Assembly (NCBI GenBank): GCA_012026655.1
Contig: JAAILG010000167.1
Span: 1 to 64,000 of the forward strand
Source of the DNA: Hydrolagus affinis
Lineage: Eukaryota
Direction: 5' to 3'
DNA: 64,000 nt
Position 1 is the stretch's first letter; each line of letters starts with the position of its first letter. The notes under the pieces were generated by a model. It saw only the letters and a program-made list of their open reading frames with translations. It was not told where the DNA came from and searched no databases. The position numbers were made by a program, and so were the translations under genes. This document shows positions 50,601 through 64,000 of the stretch, in pieces.

Positions 50601-51905
50601 ATATTCTGTTTCTAAGAAACCGGGGCAAGTACCTTCAGGAATGATGGGGAGAATAAAAGAAATGGAAAGAAATACCAGAACAGAAAAAGAACATACAGCT
50701 GTAGTGTTTGAATAATAAAAGGTATCTGTTGTTATTCACTTCAGTTAACATGATGTATACGTTTCATAAGCAAAGGGACAGTTTATCCTGGAAATTAAAG
50801 AAAGACAGAAAGGGGAGCCAAGTTTAAAGCTAACCAGAAGATGGATTAACAAATCATTTTGCCAATTTTCTCTTGTTTCTGATGAAAAGTGAATTGGCAA
50901 GCCTGGTTGCACAACATTGCTAGGGGATGCTTTATCAAGCTGCTAACACTTCACAGACTCCTCAGTCAACATGACTTGAGATCGAGGTCTACTGGCCCAC
51001 CAGAGAGCTGCGATTAGCGATTAGTTTAGGAAAAATTGAGCCTAGAACCTTTAGCCTAGCCCCGACAGCATCTGGTGGGAATTCAGAGGCAAGTTAACAA
51101 GTAGGCCTTTGTTTTTTGCGTGTGTTAAGAATATCCATGAATGACCTGTGCTAACTTGAGCATGCTATTTGTTATGAAAGTAACAGAATAGAAAGGCACA
51201 AGAGCAATGGGGAAGGAGGCAAACATTCCCAGAGATTCAAGGCTCTTTGTGATTCTCTAGAGGGTGATATAAATGCCTCCCTCGCTTTCAAAGAGGTTGC
51301 TATCATGTTGTTGGAATATCCATCTGCTTTGCAACTCCACTACCTGCATGAGGTTGTAATAGAATAGGACTCCATCATTGTCTTCCTAGTGCTGTTTGGC
51401 TCACTGTCACCAATGACCAAAAGTAAATCAGATGAGAATTGTGGTTCAGCAGCCATTCACTGTCTAATACATATTACACAGCTCTGGTACACCCTGTAAA
51501 ATCTGATATGTGTGTGGCTCTTGACATAATTATTTATTGCCAAAAGATCGACAGAGGTTAGAAGATTTGTTAGAATGTTATTGGAATGTGGAGTGCTTTA
51601 CGCAAACATGACTATTTAAGCCAAATCCAAAACAGCATTTGAAAGAAATAAATAAATACTCCCAGAAATAATGTTGAAGGGCATAGGGGGAAAAAATGAA
51701 AAATGGGATTCCAGTAGATCACTTAATTGAAGGAACTAACACCAACGAGAGCTTGATGGGCTGAATTTTCTTTTTTGTTGCTGTAAACTGTGTCTTGTTC
51801 TAAGAATAGCCATTTTATTTAATGAAAGGGAAAAATGACGCTGGAAATAATGCATGTGGGAAAACTGATGGTACTTTTTATCTGGGTCAACGCTGCAGAT
51901 CACTA

Positions 51906-52129
51906 GGGAGAAATTCCACCTGGGAATTTCTAGATTTATTCAATCACACAGAAATCTGGCAAATTGCTAAATTCAATCTTCACTTTGAAGCCAGCATTCT
52001 GTAATTCTTAGAAGAACTTATGGAAAGTCAACTGAAAATTGAGATTGCATTAAAAAAATTGCCAAATTCTGGACACACTGAAATGCTAAGAAAATAGAAT
52101 AAATCTAGAGCCAGGTGCAATCTCTACCC
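51906..52129. mobile_element. Degenerate MITE-like inverted-repeat element
   Basis: Left end GGGAGAAATTCCACCTGG..TCTAGATTTATTC mirrors right end GAATAAATCTAGA.CCAGGTGCAATCTCTACCC. Confidence 0.5.
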
Positions 52130-54096
52130 TTTTCTTATTTTCTTTTAGGTCTCCCTCCCTCCCACTCCCCCAATCCTGTACACTTTGGGATGACTTTATA
52201 TTGTCTGCTAAACACACAGATCAAGGCAAGAAGTAGGAATTTATACTCTTTATTCTGAAGACACCAACCAATGAACCAATCAAAAAACAGATGTATTTAA
52301 AGCCTGTTGTAAGTAGTTGAATTACTAGGTTTTTCCTCTTGTGCTCCTATGCAACACTGAAACGAGTTGTGGCTCAGCCAATATCTGTCCTATTAAGGAC
52401 AATTATCCTGTAATTTGGTTTAACTGATCAGGTTATTTACACAGGATAATAGTTTAGCTGAGATTACAGAACGAACATTCTTCAAGAGGCTATGTCATCG
52501 TTTGGGGAGTTTTGTGGATAGGCTCAGTCCTTGGAACAGTAAGGAACATCCTGTGCCAAAGTTCCACCATGACAGTGCCCTGGGAGAAACCCAGGACTGC
52601 AGCTGACATACTCCTATAGCATGACCTTTGTCCTCAGTATTTTAGTCTATTTTAATGTTCTTTTTATTTATTTTACACTTTATACCAATTAACCCTTCCT
52701 TTCTACACCTCAATTCTCTGTTGTCAGCAGGATGCTGATTTAGCACTCAGAAACTTTAACAATTGGACCAGGAATGGTGATTGAGGCTAGGACACATTTA
52801 AAAAGTTGCTGGATGGGAGGTTGGTAGGGTGGATAAGATCAGGTGGGTCAAAGGGTCTCCTTTGTGTAACTTATTCTTGAGATCTTGTGATAAAAGCCAT
52901 TTTTATTCAATGTGTTGCCCTAGAATGTCAATGTACTGCCATGGTTAAAGAAAATAGTATTCATCAATGTACAGTATTTTAGAAAAAAAAATTGAGGCAT
53001 ACACTAGGGAGAGGGGAATAGAAGAGGGTAAGAGAAGTGGTGAGGGCTTGTGTGGAATATTAATACCAGCAGGGAATAAATAGTTGGCCTGAATAGTTTG
53101 CTTCCACCCATATCACTCTATTAACTCAATGTAACTTCTTGACATTGACATCCAGCATCAAAGTTGCTCATCTTAAAAACAAGGAATGTCACCCCAAATT
53201 TTCAACTGCTGTGAAGAATTCTAATCCTTTAATCTTAACATAGATATTGAGTCAGGATCAATCCACTTTACTTCTGTAAAGCTCTTTAGTTCCATGTGAA
53301 ATGTTTTTTTGAGGGCAGTTCCAAGTCAAGTTGATGTGGGTGCCAATCATAAAAATAGCCTTGATGTGATTTTATTTACGTTTAAAAATGCTACTTTATT
53401 TAGAGGCCATTCTCAGTGTGGAACCCCAAAGTTCCTTTGTATCATTGTCCTTTTAAAGAGAATTGTGTTCAAGGATGAAAAAGGTCAAAACAGCCAACTC
53501 ACAACTTCTAAAATTGAAGTCTTAGTTAAACATGTTTTGTTTCCCCATTAATAAATTACTCATCATTTTGTATCTTTTAACCCAAGCCATGTGCATAATA
53601 ATAATCAATGTAAGCATACATTTTTGCTCTGGGGGTTCTCTGAATCCAATTCTTACATCTACTGATTTTAGTATCCATTTAAACATTGACCATATATTGT
53701 AGTAAGTTAGCACATTGACCTTTCATGCATTGAAACTGGATTTTCTCTCTGATTAGCTATAAGGATTCAAAGTGAAGTGCGTTGGGAGTCTTTGACACTA
53801 AGCTCCAAAAGGTGGGAACCTATAGCACAAATCTGCTAAGAGTTGGACACCTAATGGTGTTGCTAATACCATTTCTGGTAATATTAATCTGGCTCTCTTC
53901 CAGCCAATGTGAGTGTTACTTGCTGTTTCCCCAATGATCTTAAAGTAGACCTGGAATGCATTTATTTTTAGAAAAAAAACACATTGAAAATGTATACTGT
54001 AGTATTGGGATGAATTATATGTTCGCTTAAAATAATTGGAACTTTCATAAAAATTATTCCTATTTAGAAAGTGGTGTTTTAGACAGCATTTACAAA

Positions 54097-54558
54097 GCTC
54101 ATACAGAACTCCGCCGCCCGCATTCTCACCTGAACCAAACTTCGCTCCCCGATTACCCAGTCCTCGCCAGGTTTCACTGGCTCCCTGTCACAAAGCGGAT
54201 TGACTTCAAGATCCTCACTCTTGTGTTTAAATCCCTCTTCTCTCCACCCCCCTACTTCTCTAACCTCTCTCGTCACATCAGTACCTGCTGCCTCCGCTTT
54301 TCTGGGTCTGGCCTCCTCCTTGTCCCCCGAATCCTCCCCTCACCATAGGCGGCAGTGCCTTCAACCATTTTGCCCTGCTTTGGAACTCCCTCCCTCAATC
54401 ATTTTGCCTCACCCCCACCTTTTCCATTTTCAGGTCACGTCTGAAGACCTCGGTCAACTTCCCCCTCGCCCTGGCTCGGCCCCTGGCTCCACTATTGTGA
54501 AGCACTCTGAGATGCCGTCTGGCATGGAGGGTGCTATATAAATGCAAGTTGTTGTTGT
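54097..54558 (+). mobile_element. L2 LINE 3' end with (TTG)n tail
   Basis: Translates as IQNSAARILT...PITPVLARFHWLPV..RIDFKILTLVFK, followed by gctatataaatgcaagttgttgttg. Confidence 0.85.
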
Positions 54559-57500
54559 TTGTTGTACAAACACTGTGGCCAGAGCCATTAATATGCATTA
54601 AACTGGGGATATCATCAAAGTGAATGCTGATACACAGACAGTGGAGGGAGAGGAGAGTGCAGGAGAGATAGAGGAGGGAGACTAAGAGATGTCTACTTCA
54701 TCTATCTACCTTACACAGTCGAGATCACTAACTCTTCCCAGCCATCACCTTGTATTAATGACTGTATTTCTACCAATCTTAATCTATCTGCCTCGCACAG
54801 TTGGGTTTAGTAACTCCTCTCATCCAACACTGTTATTAACTGTACTGATGTTTATCAGCACCATTGGACTCTACTCTCTGGCTCAGCAATTTAGATCAGG
54901 GTCTTTGTCAACATTAAATTTTGATACATTAAAATATCCTTTATTCTAAAACATCTAGAAACATCTTCTGAAACATCTAGAAAATACAGTCACTACATTT
55001 TACAGTAAATCCTGTCAAGTACTTTGAGATGACCTGCCAACCTGAAAGTTGCTCCATCAATTGTGAAGATTAATATTGATATTTATTTTTAAAAATGACA
55101 AAAGGATGTAAAAGTTGTTCCTGATGGGTGGATGCTTGTGTCCGTGCATGAGTGCACAAGAGAGATTAAGGGTTGGGCTTTCAATGTGACAGTGATGGTG
55201 AGGCCTCTCTGTGACCTATGTGGCTGCGTGCTATCTTCATATTGCCGGGTAATCAGGAAAGTGCTCACAGCTGCTTGGCACTCTGGGAGTGAAATATGCA
55301 TGAAGCAGATGCAATGCAGCAAGAATTTGGCAACACCATAAAAATAAAATCATCATCAATGAAATAACAGATAAATGCAACATTCAAATGTGATCTTAAC
55401 TGTCACAGATAATATGATCCACCTCAATATTTTTAAACCATCCAAAACCACTCATTAGATTTCCAGCAGTAACTTTGCTCCCTGGCATCTGTTATTCTGT
55501 ATAGAAACCATTTAAACCCCTCAATTAGATTCTAACCAGTAACTTTTTTTTCAGGCCTGTGTGATTCTGGACCCTTAAAGTCAGTTTTTTATGTTTTTTC
55601 TCCATAAATACTTGCATTTTTTGATGAAAGTCGATAATAAAAATAATTTTCTCAACTTCGGGTACGTACATGTCCTGCTGATTGACACAACCATTACATA
55701 CTGATGGGTGACTTCTGAACCCTGTGATGATGCATAGCTCTGTGTCAATTTTCATTCACAACCTGTTTAGTTGTGGCTGAGACAAATGTGGTGTTCTTTG
55801 AATAGCTTTAACACAGGCAGAAATACACATTTCAGCAACTTGATATTCACAGATTTTTCACCAAATTTACCTATTTGGCATCAGATTTTTTCTTTCAATT
55901 TTCTTGGGTTTTCAACATGAAAAATGGATCTGAAATGTCCCCAAAATACAATTTTTTAATATCCTTCATGAATAGCAAAGACTTTCATAGTCTTGTTACT
56001 TTGCATGTGAGCCATCTTAAAACCATGCAGTAGTTTACAGACTGTAACTCATTCTCAACGGTTCATCACTCTATATATAGTATTCACCATCATAATCTCT
56101 CGATAATGGATTGCTGAGTGTGAGTTACAGGTTGGAATCTGATCAAGAGGTGGGGAAAGTTTAGAAATAAACTTATTTTGACATTTTTCCATTCTGGTTC
56201 AGTATCATCTGCAGTTATGGTGCTTAAAAGCCCTTGTTGGACTTGTTCTGTTCCCAATATGTATATATAAATGACCTGGACTGCAGACTGAGTGCAAGCT
56301 AGTTACATTTATGGACGACACCGAGCTTCGAGAAGCTTTCAACTCAGAGAAGGAAGACTACAATCAAATAAATTTGCAACACACATTTTCAGCTTCTGCT
56401 TGGTATCAGTAAGAATCATCAGTTTAGGCTGCTGCCCTGTCTTTTGCCCGTACTTTCAAAATATTTTCCCTTTTCAAATCTTTGTCTAATTTGGGTAGTG
56501 CATTCCACATTGGGAGGATGTCTCAAAGTACTTCACAGGAAGCACTGCACAGTGGCCAAGTTGTGCAGAGCAATGGCCCACAAACAGTCATCAAGTGATT
56601 ATCTATTTTTATTGGGGGTTGTTGGGCAGGACACCAGTAGGATGACATTTCCAGAAATGCATTGCAGTGTCAGCCTGGATTATATGGTCCAATTTAGCCA
56701 GGCTGACACACAGAAGCTTTCAACTTGTGAAAACTATCATGAGTTTGACTTTAAGTCCTTAGGCTGATTCACTCTTACTTATCCCAACATCTTCACTTTG
56801 TCACAGAAATCTGCCTTGCTCCTCTGCCATGAATTTCAGTACCTCTGCAATTCTGACTGTCTTTCAGATTAAATCTGTTTTTCAGATTTTTAAGATTCAA
56901 TCTTCAATGAGTTCTAGCTGTCTGCAGTTCAATATCGACAAGCCTGAAACTTGCTTAGCTCCCATCAATGCTCTCTTACATCAGGCACAAACAGTATTGT
57001 CCTGCCCAGGTGCTCTCTTCACTTCATTGTTTGCTTCCCAACTATCCTTCAAATGCTACCACATCTCTCACCTTCCACAGTACTGCTTGTCTCTGACAAA
57101 TGTAATTGATAGGATTTTTATCTGTGAAGCACTTTGATACATTTTGTTGTAAAAAGTGCTTTTATTTTTGACGGGGGGCGGGGTGGGGGGAGAATCATAA
57201 CCATCTCCATGCTTCAGAATAACCAAACAGAGTGTCATGCATCCTACCTACACATGGAATTTTGCGTGGAATGGAATGTAAACTCATTCCCTGAAGAGAT
57301 GCATCCTGTTTTCCTAATTCTGGAGATTGTTAGGCATGGTGTGGCAAGAGCTAAGACTTGGAGACCCCAGAGTGTGCATTGTGGTGTTGCTGGAGTCTAA
57401 CCAGCTAAAACCGCACAGCTTGCCATTGAAAACACTGTCTGGCAAGCTTTCTCGTTGCTTGTGAAGCTAGGACCACCCTAAGGGTTTGGCTTGCAGCTCC

Positions 57501-60159
57501 AGACTGGGAAGAATCCTTGCCCAGTGATTGGTCTGCCCCTCCAAGTCTTATTGAGCCAGCCTGGCTGTGCTTTTGACATCTGACAAGGGCAGGTTTGAAC
57601 CCTCATTGGGTGAATGGCATGTATCAGGATCTCCCTGCGAGTTTGTTGCAATATCAAGTGCGAGGAATGTTGTTGTGAAAGTCAACTTTTAAGGACTAAC
57701 ATTAGGAAGTTTTTCTTTGCACAGAAGGTGGTTGGTCAACAGCTGGAAAGGGTTATCAAATAGAGTTTTAGAGGGCTGAACACTGGATTCATTTAGGATC
57801 TGCCTTGCTGCTTTATTGAGAAGGAGATATTCAGAGGATATTCTGGAAAGATTAGAACAAATGGATTGAAAGGCATTCTTGACCTGAACATCTGTTATAT
57901 AATTGGTTTCCAGTTCCTCTCAGTGTATGGTTGATTCACTTTGGGTTGGTTGCAACGTTCTTGCACCTTTGAGTGGAATGATGCAGTTTCCGGCCTTCCC
58001 TCCATTCTGTTGAATTTGCGGCCTCAGGCTGCTTTGGGGAGGTGTTAAGTGGAATCACTGTGTGGCAGGTTGGCAATGGAATGTTGTGGAAGTGGCAGCA
58101 ACAGCAGTCAGCTCGAAGAGTAGTGTTGGCCAGAAACCTGGGAATCATGTTAACCTTGACATCCTCCTCTTAACTCCTGGAGATACAGTATATAAGTGCA
58201 AGTTGATGTAGTTGTTGTTACAGAATCTGATGACACCTTTGTGGAGACACAACTAGGAAATAGAAAGATTTAAAATACTTAAGAAAAATTAAAATGCAGC
58301 TGCGGAATTTCTACATATTCAGCAACCTATAAATTAGCGAAATACTGTTTATTGGCAACTTCAAATCAGTAAGCCAATTTTGGTCCACTTGCAATTTCTA
58401 ATGTCCACATGAGCCAAGCAAAGCACTACTGACTGGCACGCTCCAGAGACATCTGTGGAAAAGTGTTAGCAAGAACCTGCTGGGAATTCTTATGAAAGTT
58501 TTAGCACATTCTGTTCACAGCCTCACCAATAAGGACTTTACAAACAGACATATAAAGGAAAAAACAGAGCTTGGCAAGCATTGATGTGAAGGTTTTATTT
58601 TTCTGAGCATCAATATTTTTACGACACTTTAGCATGACCTGCTTTCCACAGACTCTTCTCCAACCCACCTGCGTGATGGGTTGAATTTCAATGGTTTATG
58701 GTGGAAGGAACCACTGACAGCAACTGAGGAAGAGGCAATACCTGTGAAGTATACAGGACCAACTGTGTCAATGGCATGGTGATTTCCATTATGATTTCAC
58801 TCCCTGAGTTGATTCAAGGATGTGCACCATTTCACCTGAGCTCAGTTATTTTATTAAAATGGTGACCCTGAAAAAGAAATGGGACGCACGATGCAAATCC
58901 TTATTTTTTGGTCTATTTTTTCCTCTCTTCTGAAAGTGTCAGTTGTTCCACAATGCCAGTAGTTGATTAGTATCATGTGAGCCATGACAGTAAGTGTTGG
59001 CAGGCTATATGATAATGGGATGGATGCAATGGGTGAACACAATTGTTCTTGCCCAACATTTATGTACATGAACCTTTCAGAATGATTTCACTTTAACAAT
59101 CAGACTAACTTTCCTTGCCTTTGTCTGGGGCAATAATAATGCTAACTGTAGCCACTGCATCACCATTTTGGCTGAACATTTAGTGGCTGAATCATTGGAG
59201 GAACCTGGATTCCATTTTCTTGCATTTTGAAGGTTTATCAAAGATGACAACTAGACAGTTTCTTCAAAAATAATATGTCACACATTTTCTACTTCCCTTC
59301 CTGAAATTTCACTCCATGTCAGTAACATGTACTCCCTTAGATCCATGCTCCTCATTTGTTGAGAGACCAAGGGATTCAATTGGTCCCGGTTAATCTGACA
59401 TTTCTTTTCTCCAATTCTTTTTGACTCAAAACAAGCGTGGGCAATTGATGGCATAAACAACTAGTCCTGAATGGTGCCAAGATCCAAAAGAAATGTCAAC
59501 CAATAAAATAAGAATGGCTCCAAAATGGCCATAGGGTTCATTTTAGAGCCAAATTCATCACCTCTTTGGCTTCAGTGAGGGATCCACTTGCCCACTGCAG
59601 ATTTTATTAATTGTATAAAGAGAGAAAAGGAACAGTGCAAAAACGCTCTCCAAACTAGTACATTCCAAAAGGCATTTTGTTCAAATTGAAGTAGAAGCTT
59701 GGTGCCAAGCAGTGGAGGAAGTGCCAATTTTGGAGAAGTTTGCTGGGGACTATGTAAAGTTGACAATGCCAAAAATCACGTTATGCTGCTATCCTCCTTT
59801 TTTTGTTTGCTTATTTTTGTGGGAATATTGTTTGTGCCAAAAAAATGTTGGGGAATGGGACATTTTCTACTGTACTTGTTATCAATGCCAACACAAAGCT
59901 CGCTCAATTCAGAAGTGACACAGGTAAGGCTATGTACTGTATCAATAATGATTGTTGATGTAATTTTGTATTCACAAATTTGCTTCTATTTTTCTATCAA
60001 ACGCTAGGAGAAAATTGTGGAAAATGTAACTCTCCAAACTCCAGGAAATTAAGTGAAAATTTGGTTTTATTTTGGAATAGCCTCTTACGTCGACTGGCTG
60101 CAATGTAGGATCCAGCAATGCATGCAAAGGCCTGTTCTGACAGCGTGGGTGCCTTTTTT

Positions 60160-60350
60160 CCTCACTCCCTTCACCTTGCCCCCTCTCTTCCCAGTTTCAG
60201 GTCACAGCTGAAGACCTTTCTTTTCGACCATGCCTTTGGTCACCTTTCTACCCCTGCCCCTGGCTCAGTCCCGGGATCCGCTATTGTGAAGCGCTCTGAG
60301 CACTCGTTCGGCGTGGAGGGCGATATATAAATTGAAATTGTTGTTGTTGT
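60160..60350 (+). mobile_element. L2 LINE 3' end with (TTG)n tail
   Basis: FRSQLKTFLFDHAF followed by the stem-loop and TTG tail. Confidence 0.8.
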
Positions 60351-61891
60351 TTTTGTTACTGGAAACTAGCAATGCCAGAATATATACCTTCAAAAATAGT
60401 CACTAAATTTGAAAGTCATTATCTGTGATCCACTGAGAGGCAATGTGATAATATTTTATGCTTTTTTAAATCACTTAGAGAAAATCTCATCATATTTCAG
60501 AGATTGTTCAAATTATTTCATTCCAGAATGTGAACAATAATAGTTAGAGAGATATTAGCTTTAAGGAAGTACAAAAGGACAGTGTTCTAATGCCTTGCCT
60601 GTCCAGTGCCTATGACCTATTATTTTTCAGTGAAAGTATCTCGCTTGATGTTAAATCTCCATCTGAAGAGTAGGAAGTCAGAGCTTTGGTTTATAAGCTT
60701 GGAAAGCCATTATAAGATCTAACTATGGACCAATGATCAGTAACACAGGGCCCTTCACTCACTCCTAGGCAGTTCTAGTGATTCTGTTTTTCGGTGAGGG
60801 AAACTATTGGGTTACTCTTAAAATCTAAATCTGCCAGAATCAAGCAAGACCACTGACAGAATATATAGTTTAGTTTTAAAAATTTCTGATCACCTAATCA
60901 TTCTCCCTAGAGGTATTTCACTTAAGTGGAGCTGAATGAAATGTACATAATCACTACCTTTTAGTGCTATTTTCACTTTATCTTCCAGCTGGAATCTCTC
61001 TAATTTAAGGTAATTCAATCCCATTAGAAACTACTTATCATCATCGTTTCTCTGTCGCCTCTGTCTGGCAGTGTCTCAAACCACCTTCAACCCAGAAAGC
61101 AAGCTGTGTTTATATCACAAAAATGTAGCAATGTCTGGGTAACATGATAGAAATCAGATCGAGAATAGCAGCAATAGGATCTAGTTTTTTTCAGCAACTT
61201 TATGAATTAAATTTTAAAAAGAAAACATTAAATATATATTGGTTACAGTGGTGCAGGACAAAAGAAATTCCAGGCTAGCTGAGTTGTTTTCGGATCTAAC
61301 CCTGTAATGATGTATCCTTGGCAACATTAGGGAGAGATCAAGTTAATCAAATAGATTTTTTTAAAATAATAGAAATATTGTTTTTAAAAAAGAACAAAAA
61401 TGTCCAGTGTGAGGATGGAGATGAAATAATTTTGAGTGTAATTTTGGTTGATGGTTCTTTCCAATTTAGAAATAATCGATATAAACAATGGAAATATAGT
61501 CAATTTTTAAGACTGGAATATTTAAACAGCTCAACTGTAATACCAAGAGTATGTACTCAGGTTAATTCTGTGGGGCAGGAAACTTTACTATGATAAATCT
61601 CTCATCTTTCTGTATTATATAAATACTAAGTCAATGGTCCAATCTTTCCTTTGGTTGTTGCCAGATTGTCCGATAGAATCTTCATGCTCACAATGTTAAA
61701 ATTAAAACTCATCACATGATCTCTTACTCTTAACTCATTCTATCCCAAGATTTCAAAATTGTGGAACTCCTCACCAGTCTCGATCCTCTCTCCTAAAATC
61801 TGCAGGCTTGGAGTTGCTTAATTCCTATTTGATTTATCTAACCTTCTTGCCTACTCTTTTCAAGTGTGCACCTCATCTTAAACATAATCCT

Positions 61892-62243
61892 AACAATAAT
61901 GATCTTGATGTCACGTTAGAAGGATGTTTCAAAGTGCTGCACAAAATATACCGCAGAGTATAATGATTGTACATTGTAGGCGAAACACAGCAGCCAATTT
62001 GCGTGTTGCAATAATCCACAAGCAGCCATGACCAATTTTATTTGAGGATTGTTAAATCTGGAGACCAAGAGAGACTCCCGTCTCTTTTCAAATAGTGCCA
62101 TGGGATTGTTTGCCCTGCCTGAACAGGCAAACAGGATCATCCAAAGATTGGCACCTCCGGAAATGCAGTGTCAGCCTAGATAGTATGTGCGCCAAATGGG
62201 GCTCGAACCTCCAACCTCTTGGCATGAGTGCTACCAGATGAGC
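61892..62243 (-). mobile_element. Deu-domain SINE (SacSINE1/AmnSINE1-like)
   Basis: gcagccaatttgcg...aaatagtgccatgggat...ggcacctcc...gtgtcagcctagat...gagtgctacc. Confidence 0.65.
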
Positions 62244-63139
62244 TTTTCAAAGGGAACATTTTTCTTTAATTGCTTACCTGTTGCGGCCAGTGTCTATGTT
62301 TAACATTTATTATTTATGTTTAACATCAACTGGAAGAATGTTGTTCTGTGGAATCAAATTAAATGACAGCAACTCAGGGGGCAAGGAGGAAAGTGTTGTT
62401 ATGGTGTGATACAGTGAGGATGGTGTCAAGTGGAGGCAAAGTTATTGTCCTTAATCTCTTACTAAGTGTGTGGTGTGTGTATGGTGGGGGGGTGGGAACG
62501 GTTGTCTGGCACCATCAGAGATCCATCAGGGTTCTTTGTCCCTCTCACACAGTTTTGGATTCACCATGTCAGGCTAGTGAGCTCAAGAAGGAGATTAGAA
62601 GAGGAAAAACACAATACATACTGTATAGAAGGCAAACTACAGTACTTTTGGAGGTTTTGTTGCTGGGAAAAAGATATACTGTAATTTCCTACTTCCAGCA
62701 AAACTTCCAAAATGCTTGTATATTCATGTAAGAAACAGCTACTGTTTCCAGAAAAAAGATAAAACCTCACAGGTATTTTGCATGTACAATTCGGCACATT
62801 TATTAGAAAATCCCAAATTACGTCACTAATATTATTTTCCTTTGTATTATATAGGATACAGGATTTTCATCCCTTTATGTTGTGAAGTACAATTTAGCAC
62901 TATATTCAATTGATGGTTTTTGTATTTTGTACAATACAATGTAATATATTTTATAAAACGATAAGTAGTCAAGAAGGTTAAAGTAGGATACTTAGTTCTC
63001 TGCTTCAAAGATGCAGGGAACAAACTTAACTGACATGGTTGAATGACTTTTAATACTAATGGGAAGGTTTGTAAATTCAATATTTCCCTTTTTTTTATCA
63101 TTGTGGAAAGGTGCAAATTATTTTATTCTCTAAAAGTAT

Positions 63140-63365
63140 CCCTCTGCCTTGTTTCTTCCCTTTCCTCTTTCAAGGCCGGTTTGAAGACTTTCCTCTTCAA
63201 CCGTGCCTTGTGTTGCCCCCCGAATTTTTCGACCTCCCCTACTTGTTTCACCCCTTCCCGTACACTCCCCTCCCAGCTCGGGTCACACGCCTCCTGTGCA
63301 ACGCCTTGGGACGTCCTCCCGACGTGAAAGGCGCTTTATAAGTGTAATTTGTTGTTGTTGTTGTT
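63140..63365 (+). mobile_element. L2 LINE 3' end with intact terminal stem-loop and (TTG)n tail
   Basis: FKAGLKTFLFNRA then CGCCTT-GGGACGTCCTCCCGACGTGA-AAGGCG and TTG repeats. Confidence 0.82.
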
Positions 63366-63719
63366 ATTTCCAAACTATCCCAACTGCCTATATGAACACT
63401 AACTTCATTGTCCTACATATTTCTTCTAATTTTCAGCAGATAGAATGGAAAATCAAATATTCTATCTTGACATTTTCATAAATTTCCAGCAATACTCTTT
63501 CAATGCCTCTACTACAGTTGTCCCTACTTATAATTTTCAGCCCCTCCCTCTCCTCCCATCTTGTGTTTTTAACACAACGGAAAGTTAACATGAAAAACTA
63601 ACATTTTTCTTTTATTCAACAAGAGTATTGTAAGTAGCAAGGGCTTGATGTTATTAAAAAAAAGGATATCACCTCATAAGAGATTAAAGTATCCACCATA
63701 CAATTGGCAACATAAAGAA

Positions 63720-64000
63720 CATCAACAACAGGAGGATGTCCCAAATCCCTGGACAATCCGTGTTTTGAACTGGAGCTGGCGGTTGAGATCGGGAAAGTTG
63801 AGAGCGATGAGGTGGAAAGGAGGCATGGATCGAAGGCATGGTTGAAGAGGAGGGTCTTGAGACAGGTCTTGAAGCAGGCAAGGGAGGGGCTAGGCAGAGG
63901 GATTGTGGCATGGACTTCCGGAAGGTGGGGCAGATTGGCTGAAAGCCTGCCGCCAATGGTGAGGCGGGCGAGGTGGGCACATGAAGCAGGCCAGAGCCCG
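63720..64000 (-). mobile_element. L2 LINE 3' end, running off the window
   Basis: Reverse complement of the same family (ggttgaagaggagggtcttgag) with a shortened tail at about 63720-63745. Confidence 0.75.

Overview
Vertebrate genomic DNA, AT-rich and dense in repeats. The L2/CR1/Tx1 LINEs, Deu-type and tRNA SINEs and Penelope-like hairpins suggest a cartilaginous fish, possibly a chimaera (inference). Positions 1214-23114 (+) hold the last eight coding exons of a GT18 alpha-1,6-mannosylglycoprotein 6-beta-N-acetylglucosaminyltransferase (MGAT5/MGAT5B family). They join through GT-AG introns into one intact frame of about 372 aa ending ...GQTALCKECL*. The protein is MGAT5B-like but lacks the MGAT5B insertion after DFC, so it may be a third paralog. 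A small CpG-rich promoter (CRE, NRF1-like site) and a first exon with a GTGAGT donor lie at about 31.55-31.67 kb. I found no coding exon in the 32 kb after it, which is probably intron 1 of an unidentified + strand gene. The rest is transposon debris. Notable structures: Penelope-like hairpins with decayed hammerhead cores, a foldback element carrying (CCCTAA)6, an 85-bp palindrome directly behind a tRNA-SINE Pol III promoter, repeated ~65-nt L2 stem-loop-only insertions, and a degenerate ~70-bp array. No prokaryotic or CRISPR features. Almost all ORF-track entries are spurious.
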